In this document: positions 47,387 to 54,605 of the stretch, one piece after another | How the letters are laid out: every line of letters begins with the position of its first letter | Position numbering within the stretch: position 1 is the first letter of the stretch | The notes under the pieces: model-generated | The model's database searches: none | Told to the model about the DNA's origin: nothing | What the model saw: only the letters and a program-made list of their open reading frames with translations | Position numbers and translations under genes: made by a program | DNA from: Burkholderiales bacterium | Lineage (GTDB): Bacteria > Pseudomonadota > Gammaproteobacteria > Burkholderiales > JBBRTU01 | Length of the DNA: 64,000 bases | Reading direction: 5' to 3' | Assembly: GCA_038244115.1 (NCBI GenBank) | Contig: JBBRTU010000002.1 | Coordinates: forward strand, 131,238 to 195,237

Positions 47387-48862
47387 CTAGAAAGTTTTCA
47401 TATATTCGATGAGTGCTGCCTTGTCTTCCGGCGGCAGTGTGGTGCCGAAACGCGGGCCATCGTGGCCCTGATTGCCGTTGCCGGACAGTCTGGTGTCATA
47501 GCGGAAATATTTGCGCGCGCCTTCCTCTGCGACAGTGGAAACGAAGCCCATGCGAACGGCGTCGTACACGTCGTATCCCCGGTAAAATATTTTTGGCCGC
47601 CTGTCTGCGGGTTCGAGTAGATCGGCCAGGGTCGGCACCGAACCATTGTGCAGATAGGGCGCGCGCAGCCACAATCCATCCAGCGGCGCATTGGCGTAAC
47701 CCCAGGTTTTACGGAAGTGGCTGAAGCGCTCGTCGCCATAGCCGGCATACACCGTGGCCTGGTTCAGCGCGAGGTCGGGCGTGTAGGAATCCAGGCGCCA
47801 ACGGTCCGTGCCGATGTCAAGAATCGGCGTGACCTTGCCCACGTATTCCCCGCTGAAGTTGCTGCCATTCACACCGTGGCATGCAGCGCAGTATTGTTGA
47901 TACACACCTTTTCCGCGCGCCGCTCGGTTCTGGTCGATGGGATAAGGCCAGGGCGGCGGGGTGGCAGTGGCCAGCCAGGCTTCCACGCGCTTGAGATTAT
48001 GGCGATCCAGCGTGGGCGGCGTGGTGCCGGCGCCCAACGCAGCGCTGTGATTGCGCTCCTCCAGCTTGTCATTATTGCCGTCCCAATGCAGTTGCATGCC
48101 ACGCTTCTTGGCCTGATTCCAGATGGCGGGGAAATCTGCCGTGCCGATCAGTTCGTGCGGGTCGGCGCGGTGCCAGGGCATGTTGAACAACGCCTTGGCC
48201 GAGTTGAAAGTATCCACCCTACCCGGCCCCCACTCGGGTTGACCATCGATAAAGGAGAAGCGCTCACGCAGCATCATCAGTTGTTCGCGCATGAGCAAAG
48301 TTGCCAGCGGGTAGACCAGGTAATGGTCGATCAGGTCGAGTTTGCCGCCGGTCTTTTCGATGGCGGGAATCATATATTCGCGCGAGAAACGCTTGTCGGC
48401 GGCACACTGAAAGAAAAATTTCTCGAAGCGCATCAGATCGAAAGAATTAGCCGGCATACCGGCGACAATGCGTGGCGTGGATGCTGGCGTGTCGCGCACG
48501 GTGTTAACGTGGCAAACCGCGCAATTGAGGAACACCCGATTCATGCCTTGATAGCGGCGCTGGGAAGTACCAATGGGAAGGTCGCGACCTTTTTCGTAGA
48601 TCATGCCGAGTGAAGCATAACCCTTGCCCGGCAGCAGATCCGGGCACACCTCAGGCAGCGCTTTCCAGATGCGGTAGGGGAAACCGGAGACGCGCTCGCC
48701 ACCCAGAGAGCCATACTGGAAGTGCTGTACCGGATCGCGGTATTCCACGGGGGAATCGCCGGAGAAGCGCCAAGCCAGGTACAGCACCAGCAGCAGGCCG
48801 ATACCCGCCAGGAAAAAAAGCGCGGTGCATATACATCCGCGCAGAGTGCAAAGTCGAGACAT
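47387..48862 (-). CDS. Membrane-anchored di-haem c-type cytochrome (paralogue B)
   Basis: 491-aa ORF colinear with paralogue A, with CAVCH and CAACH sites. Motifs LRAPYLHNGSVPTLADLL and GHDGPRFGTTLPPEDKAALIEYMKTF. Confidence 0.75.
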   Translation of the reverse strand: MSRLCTLRGCICTALFFLAGIGLLLVLYLAWRFSGDSPVEYRDPVQHFQYGSLGGERVSGFPYRIWKALPEVCPDLLPGKGYASLGMIYEKGRDLPIGTSQRRYQGMNRVFLNCAVCHVNTVRDTPASTPRIVAGMPANSFDLMRFEKFFFQCAADKRFSREYMIPAIEKTGGKLDLIDHYLVYPLATLLMREQLMMLRERFSFIDGQPEWGPGRVDTFNSAKALFNMPWHRADPHELIGTADFPAIWNQAKKRGMQLHWDGNNDKLEERNHSAALGAGTTPPTLDRHNLKRVEAWLATATPPPWPYPIDQNRAARGKGVYQQYCAACHGVNGSNFSGEYVGKVTPILDIGTDRWRLDSYTPDLALNQATVYAGYGDERFSHFRKTWGYANAPLDGLWLRAPYLHNGSVPTLADLLEPADRRPKIFYRGYDVYDAVRMGFVSTVAEEGARKYFRYDTRLSGNGNQGHDGPRFGTTLPPEDKAALIEYMKTF

Positions 48863-50877
48863 TACGTTCCTCCATGCGCCGGGAGACAGGGCGCAAGCGT
48901 GTCGAATGGACGTGCCAGTACACCGGGCGCATGTGCCCCCAGCAGCAATCCAGCATGTTGTTTGAGTTTGGCGAGCGCAGTGCCGTGTGTCCAGGCATCA
49001 ATAGAAATGCCGCGCATCTGCAATACAGTGGCGGGCGGCATCGGGGTGCGTTCCCGCGCCGCCTCGTCCACTCTCCACATCGACAGGCGGTAGTAGATGC
49101 GCTCGGCGCAGTGTGAAAGCTGGGTCTGCACCTGCGCTTCTTCGCCATGTAAAAAATTAGGCGGGAACGCTTCCTGGGTGTCATGGCAGAGACCACAGTG
49201 GGCGCGGAATTCCGTCACTATGTTGCTGGCATGGCCCGCGCTGGGTGCAATGTCAGTCTGCGCTGACGAATATTTTTGTGCCGCTGCTGCGTGGTGTGGA
49301 ATGCCCACGCCCGCAAACAAAGCGGGTACCAGTGCCGCGTGCCGAATCGGCCCCGCAAGCGCCTCGGCTCGGCTGCGCACCATGGCATCGAGCGTGGAAT
49401 CCACCACGCCGAATTCGTCGCGCAGTTGCAGCGTGGCGTGAGCGCCGGTTGGCGTAATCTGCACATCGATGGCGATCACGCGCTGTGCGGACACGCTGCG
49501 CACATTGCGCCCGTCGCGTCGCAAGCCGAAATGCAATGCACCTGCATGCGCTGTTCCTGCCATCACCTCGACAGTGGCCAGCGCGGGCTGACCGGGCAGT
49601 TCCAGTGCATCGAGCGTGCCGCGCACTACTCGACCAGCGCGCACGAACACGCGTCCGCGCAGGCCGAATCCTGCCGCATCCTTCGGCTGGCAGTTGAGTG
49701 AAAACCGATTTTCAGAATCTGTATTTCGTTGCTCCACCGCGCATTCAGCGGCGAGGTTGCGGGTACTTTCTGCCTGGCGCGACAGAGCGGCGTCCAGGCT
49801 GGCGATATCGCGCGCACTGAAAAAATCCGCCACGCCACTTACCAGATTCGCGGCGGCGGTATCCACGTCCCATACAGCCATCGGCGGACGCTGGCGCAGC
49901 GGGTCTGACTCAGCCGTGATGGCGCTGGTCAGCGGATTGCGATTGGGAATATGCGCGTCGGGAATAGCCAAGCCGCCGTGCCAACGTGAAAGAAAAGCAC
50001 TGTGCAGGGTAGGGAGCACGATCTCACGCCACGCCGCCGAGTCATGTTCGAAGTCGAGGCCGCCTGAGAGTCGATATTGCAGCGCGAGTTTAACGGCGGC
50101 AGCGCGGCAGCGCACTGCCTCTGGCGTGGCGCCACCGCACGCTTCGCGCCATAGAAACTGGTATACGTTAAGCAGGCTGGCACGACTGGTGGCGTCATCC
50201 ACCGCGCTGGGTATGTCTACACCGATGTCCAGTGGCGCGCCATAGAAGTCGCGGTGAGTAGCCTTGAGACGCTGGCGCACGCCATCGTTGGCAGCGGTTT
50301 CGTCCCATAGCGGGCGAGAAAAAACCGGTGCCGCGTTCTGATGGCAGGCCAGGCAAAGACCGCGCTGGGCATACACCACACGCGGCGCGGCGCCGGGCCG
50401 GTAATTACGTACTACTTGATATTCGAAGCGGCCTGCCTCTTCGTTGTAACTGATGGCCTCGATCACGCCGGCCTTCTCGTGATAGCCGAGATAAATGCGA
50501 TCGCGCAGCAATGGCTCACCCGCGCGCGACTCTCCATCCACCGCCACTACCAGCCGCGGATATCTGAAGAAATCCGGCGCAGCGGCATTGCGCACCAATG
50601 AGCGCCCCATGGGGATGAGTACCTGGCGCACCGGATCTGTGCTGCCAGATTCCATGTGCATACGCAGTTGTGCCACCACGCTGGAAAAGGGGAAGGGCAG
50701 GCGATAGCTACCGTTAGCCGTGTACAGTTCATCGAACAGCGAACGACCCCTTGGCGGCAGATCCGGGCCGGGCCTACCGGGATCAATGGCCCACACCGGC
50801 GGCGTAGACGTCATGCCCTCAGCCATGGCTGGCGCCGTGAAAAATAACAGGGTCATGATCCACGCCACACGCGTCAT
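48862..50877 (-). CDS. Secreted 671-aa di-haem c-type cytochrome of unrecognised family
   Basis: Start at the internal Met (MTRVAWIMTLLFFTAPAMAEG signal peptide), whose ATG overlaps the upstream stop (ATGA). CLACH lies in the N-terminal third and CGLCH near the C-terminus. Confidence 0.7.
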   Translation of the reverse strand: MTRVAWIMTLLFFTAPAMAEGMTSTPPVWAIDPGRPGPDLPPRGRSLFDELYTANGSYRLPFPFSSVVAQLRMHMESGSTDPVRQVLIPMGRSLVRNAAAPDFFRYPRLVVAVDGESRAGEPLLRDRIYLGYHEKAGVIEAISYNEEAGRFEYQVVRNYRPGAAPRVVYAQRGLCLACHQNAAPVFSRPLWDETAANDGVRQRLKATHRDFYGAPLDIGVDIPSAVDDATSRASLLNVYQFLWREACGGATPEAVRCRAAAVKLALQYRLSGGLDFEHDSAAWREIVLPTLHSAFLSRWHGGLAIPDAHIPNRNPLTSAITAESDPLRQRPPMAVWDVDTAAANLVSGVADFFSARDIASLDAALSRQAESTRNLAAECAVEQRNTDSENRFSLNCQPKDAAGFGLRGRVFVRAGRVVRGTLDALELPGQPALATVEVMAGTAHAGALHFGLRRDGRNVRSVSAQRVIAIDVQITPTGAHATLQLRDEFGVVDSTLDAMVRSRAEALAGPIRHAALVPALFAGVGIPHHAAAAQKYSSAQTDIAPSAGHASNIVTEFRAHCGLCHDTQEAFPPNFLHGEEAQVQTQLSHCAERIYYRLSMWRVDEAARERTPMPPATVLQMRGISIDAWTHGTALAKLKQHAGLLLGAHAPGVLARPFDTLAPCLPAHGGT

Positions 50878-51746
50878 TCTGCCTTGGCAACGACATGCTG
50901 CTGCGTGCCGCTCCAGCAATCCTCGGGAGTCTGTCCAGCGCGGAATGCCTTGCGCCCGGCATTGTCGAGCGCTTTGCTATAGAGCGTGAAGTTGAGCAGG
51001 AAGGCGCGATCGGTATATGCCCGCCCCAGGTAGAAGCCGGGCCGTATCATGCGGATATCATCGCGCACCTGGAGGCCGCGACGACCCGCCAGAAAATCGG
51101 GGCGCTCGTGGTAGCCGGGCAAGTCATCGGAGAAAGCGTAGTCGATGATAATGGACTCGCGCCGTCCGTCGAGCAGGCTCTGGCCGCAGTAGAGTTTGGC
51201 CGGAAACAGCAGCCAGGCGTCGCGTCCATCCACGCTGATTTTTTGCAGTGATGCTGGGTTATCGATGATGGGTTTTAGAAGCGCCAAGTCGTCGATGCGG
51301 TTGCGCAGCACGCGTTGATCCCGGTAAAACACTTTGCCTTTCCATAGGGTTTCGCCGGCCATATCGAGCTTGCGCACGCCGAGCTGTGCGGTTAGGCCGG
51401 AAAGCCCGCCAAGGATCTCTGCTGCGCGGAATTTGCCCGAAGAACCTTTGGGGAACTGGATTTTTCCATCGAACGGCCCGTCCGGAATCGGTCCGGCGGT
51501 AAGCCGTGCGTAGACTTGGTCAAGCTGCTCCTGATCCAACGTGGCAAGATATTCGGGGGTGATTCTCTCCAGCTCCTTGGCGGGGATGGGGAAGCGGTGC
51601 TCCACCTCGGCGAGATCCATCTTGCTGGAATAAGCCTCTGCATAAGGCGCGAACTTGATTTCCGGTTTGGGTTTGAACATTGCTGCAATCTGGTCACACC
51701 CGGATAGCATAATGAGGAGCATGGTCACAATAAGCGCGCGTTTCAT
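50874..51746 (-). CDS. Lipoprotein of unknown function
   Basis: 290-aa ORF with lipobox LLIMLSGC and RBS gggaga. I recognise no family. Confidence 0.65.
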   Translation of the reverse strand: MKRALIVTMLLIMLSGCDQIAAMFKPKPEIKFAPYAEAYSSKMDLAEVEHRFPIPAKELERITPEYLATLDQEQLDQVYARLTAGPIPDGPFDGKIQFPKGSSGKFRAAEILGGLSGLTAQLGVRKLDMAGETLWKGKVFYRDQRVLRNRIDDLALLKPIIDNPASLQKISVDGRDAWLLFPAKLYCGQSLLDGRRESIIIDYAFSDDLPGYHERPDFLAGRRGLQVRDDIRMIRPGFYLGRAYTDRAFLLNFTLYSKALDNAGRKAFRAGQTPEDCWSGTQQHVVAKAE

Positions 51747-51866
51747 GGAGTTTCTCCCTTGGGCGATAAGTTTTTGGTGTCTGCCATGGTGGTTTCCTCG
51801 AAGCTGAAAATGGTAGTTGGGCGTGGTGGGGTAAGCGGGGGCGCTTGTGTTTTTGCCGTGGATGCT

Positions 51867-51886
51867 GCTGCGCGGCGCCGCGCAGC
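51867..51886. repeat. Perfect 20-bp GC-rich palindrome in intergenic spacer
   Basis: gctgcgcggc|gccgcgcagc, read directly. It lies in the 225-bp gap between the 846-aa cytochrome gene and the lipoprotein gene. Confidence 0.8.
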
Positions 51887-51971
51887 TCGGCTGCAGACAC
51901 TGGGTAAACCTCGCGGCGCTGGAGCAAGTTTTGCGTTTCGCTTCATGTCAGTTCCTGGAATGCCGTTCGAA

Positions 51972-54512
51972 CTAAAGCGTCGCGAGGAAGGCAATCAAAG
52001 CCTTCTTATCGGTATCACTCAAGTCCTGGCCGAAACGGTGTCCGTCGTTTTCCACGTCTGCGGTGCAAGAGCTGTAAACCTCCAGCAGCAGCGGCAGCCG
52101 TTCCTTTGCTGCTTTCACCGCCGTGAGCAATTGCGCTGGATCGTTGACAATAGCGCTGGCGATAGTCTTCATTTCCTGCGCCACCTTGTGTCCGTTGTCC
52201 GGGCCAAGCTGCTTGACCAGCCTGGCTTCCAGCACTTCCGGCTGGGTCTTGGCCTGCACTAAATCCACGATAAATGGCTTGTGCTGGAAATTGCCGAGTA
52301 GCCCGGCGTTGGTGCCTGCCGGTATGCGCAGCGTGAAGCCGAAGAGTTTTTTCTCCTCATGACCATCCCATACTTTTGGCCCCAGATCGAGCACGATGTC
52401 CTGGTCCAACTTGGTGATCTTGGGGATGCGTCGCTCCGGATAAAGCAATTCCTGCATCGACGCCTTGTACAACTTATAACGCCCTTCCACACTGGGATCG
52501 TAAGCCCAGCATCCCGGCTGTTTGTCGCTGGGGAGCAATTGCTTGGTCTGCGCATCGACATAGGACGGTCGGTAAAAATCATACGGCTGACCGGTGCCCC
52601 AGCCGCATATCTCCGGGCCTAGCGCGTTGTTATGCATGAATGGCGCGTGCGCCCACAGATTCAGCAGCGAAATATTGCGGTACTGACCGCGGCCACCACC
52701 GTTTTTCTCGGGGATGCCATTGTCGGCTGGCAACGCATGATGGGTAACCGAAGCGAATTCGTCCCACACGTGGCCGGTCATGTGGTTGGAGTGCAATGCT
52801 CGGCAACGGAAGGTGCCGACTTCGGAAGCGGGGGTATGTTTGTCATTGCCGAGCCAGTCTGCGCGCAGACCGGTTTCCTTGGACACGGCATAAAAATCTT
52901 CTTTGCCGGGCTGGCTGGAATGACAACGCGCGCAATTCGCCGCGAACACCCCACGGCCACGGCTGACTGCGCCCTTGTCATATTCGTGTTCCAGATCGGC
53001 AACCAGATCGTCATGGCTGTAGCGCGCCTGCGGATTTTTTTGCTTGAGCATGTTCTCTCGCGCAATGGAAAGATCGGTGGCAGTTGCCTCCTTGGAAGTG
53101 AGGAAGGCGAGGATGTCGGGTAGCCGATCCTCAATCGCACGGAAGTTGGGGCAATCGCGTCGGCACTGGCCAATGCTGAAGGGCGTCTGGCCGAAATTGC
53201 GCGCCTTGGGATCGAGTTGCCTCAGGTCGGTGAGGTGATTCACCCAGCATTGTTCGGAGCACGACCCAATATTAAAGTACACGCGCTGGATAGCACCAAG
53301 CGCGCCAATGGAATCACCGCCATCCTTGAGAATGTGGTGCACGGCTTCTTCCTTTTCGCCACGCTGCCAACACTTGCCCGGTTTGCCAGGCTCACACCAA
53401 CACGCCGTGTCGGGTTCGTCGGCAGCGCAGGAAGCCGTTTTGCGCCAGGCGATGACGCGTTCGCCGGGGTGGGTCGGACGCTGCAGAATGTTAATCAGCG
53501 CGTTCATGGTGCCGGGGTTATTGATCTGGTCAGTGGGCACCGCCGAGGTGTCGCTGGTGCCGGGGCGGGCATGCGCGAAGACCTGCCATTCCAGCGAATC
53601 GCGCGGCATACCGGAAACCATGATTTCCGAAATGTGCGAGTATTGATTACCGATTGCGCCCTTCAGATTTTCCCATCCGGGATGCGCCGGATCTGCCGGC
53701 GGATTGGCAGGATCAAAGGCGATATGACAGGTGCCGCACGCCATGCCAATGCGGAACGGCGGTTGAATCGAGCCATCGACTAGCTTGCTGACTTTGGAAT
53801 CGGACAGCTCCGGATTGACGGAGAGCTTGCGGTTGTAACCTTCCCAGGTACCGAGCTTGCCACCGTTCAGCTGCTTCCATGCTGCGGCGTTGAACAATGG
53901 GTTGGGGAATTTACGCAGCCCCATGATCCCGCTGGAGGTGCCGAATGCCAGGTCGCAAGATGATTGCCTTTGACTTGCATGGCGATCCTTGGGATCAGCC
54001 GGTGCGTCTTTGAAGTCGCAAGCTGCGTCGCGGTAGCCGCTCTTGCCGACGAATTTCAGCAGCTTGTCATCACCCGGACACCAGTCCAAACCGTAAGTCT
54101 CTTCAGGACTTTTTGCGGGACAGTTGGGTGAACCGGGTCGACAGCAGCCGGGGTCGTTGATCATGCCCCAGGTCTTGAAGCGCTCGTCGCGCTTGTCCGT
54201 GCGCAACACACCAAACCAGTCGATCATGACGCCAATGCGTTGCTGAAATACATAAGTATGGAAGCGCTCGTTGCCGGCGGTGGCTTTGTACCAAATCTCC
54301 CGTCCGGCGCGCGCAGAGGGAGTAAGGTCGGCTGCCGCTTGATAAAAACCCGCCTCACTATAATCGCTGCTCACGACCGGCGGGGGTGCTGGCTGCGCAG
54401 CAGCAACTGTCACTTCACGCGCAGCGGGTTGGCCGGTCGGCTGGGCAGCAATGCCGGTTGAAACTCCGAACCCAAAAAACACCAGCGCAGCAATAATCTT
54501 GCCAATTCTCAT
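51972..54512 (-). CDS. Secreted Cys-rich 846-aa di-haem c-type cytochrome, distant paralogue of A/B
   Basis: Signal peptide, then CGTCH and CARCH sites. LWAHAPFMHNNALG and a C-terminal GHRFGQDLSDTDKKALIAFLATL parallel paralogues A and B. More than 20 additional cysteines. Confidence 0.75.
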   Translation of the reverse strand: MRIGKIIAALVFFGFGVSTGIAAQPTGQPAAREVTVAAAQPAPPPVVSSDYSEAGFYQAAADLTPSARAGREIWYKATAGNERFHTYVFQQRIGVMIDWFGVLRTDKRDERFKTWGMINDPGCCRPGSPNCPAKSPEETYGLDWCPGDDKLLKFVGKSGYRDAACDFKDAPADPKDRHASQRQSSCDLAFGTSSGIMGLRKFPNPLFNAAAWKQLNGGKLGTWEGYNRKLSVNPELSDSKVSKLVDGSIQPPFRIGMACGTCHIAFDPANPPADPAHPGWENLKGAIGNQYSHISEIMVSGMPRDSLEWQVFAHARPGTSDTSAVPTDQINNPGTMNALINILQRPTHPGERVIAWRKTASCAADEPDTACWCEPGKPGKCWQRGEKEEAVHHILKDGGDSIGALGAIQRVYFNIGSCSEQCWVNHLTDLRQLDPKARNFGQTPFSIGQCRRDCPNFRAIEDRLPDILAFLTSKEATATDLSIARENMLKQKNPQARYSHDDLVADLEHEYDKGAVSRGRGVFAANCARCHSSQPGKEDFYAVSKETGLRADWLGNDKHTPASEVGTFRCRALHSNHMTGHVWDEFASVTHHALPADNGIPEKNGGGRGQYRNISLLNLWAHAPFMHNNALGPEICGWGTGQPYDFYRPSYVDAQTKQLLPSDKQPGCWAYDPSVEGRYKLYKASMQELLYPERRIPKITKLDQDIVLDLGPKVWDGHEEKKLFGFTLRIPAGTNAGLLGNFQHKPFIVDLVQAKTQPEVLEARLVKQLGPDNGHKVAQEMKTIASAIVNDPAQLLTAVKAAKERLPLLLEVYSSCTADVENDGHRFGQDLSDTDKKALIAFLATL

Positions 54513-54605
54513 ATCGTTTTCTCCAATTAAGTGTAGTGATTAGTGCTGCCTTGGTTGCCTTAATCAGTATAGACAAGGCAAAAAAAAGTAAAGGTGGCGA
54601 CAAAT

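Noticed and set aside
46373-48613. Long plus-strand ORFs (415 aa at 46373-47620 and 321 aa at 47648-48613) antisense to the di-haem cytochrome genes.
   Set aside because: Their translations are Arg/His/Gly/Val-rich and low in complexity, with no motifs. The opposite strand encodes two colinear paralogues with conserved CxxCH sites, RBSs and coupled junctions. These are typical shadow ORFs of GC-rich coding DNA.
54555-54581. A hairpin, ttgcctt-N13-aaggcaa, next to an A/T run in the patatin-cytochrome spacer.
   Set aside because: On the transcribed (minus) strand the U-run precedes rather than follows the stem. The stem is only 7 bp with a 13-nt loop, so it is not a credible terminator.
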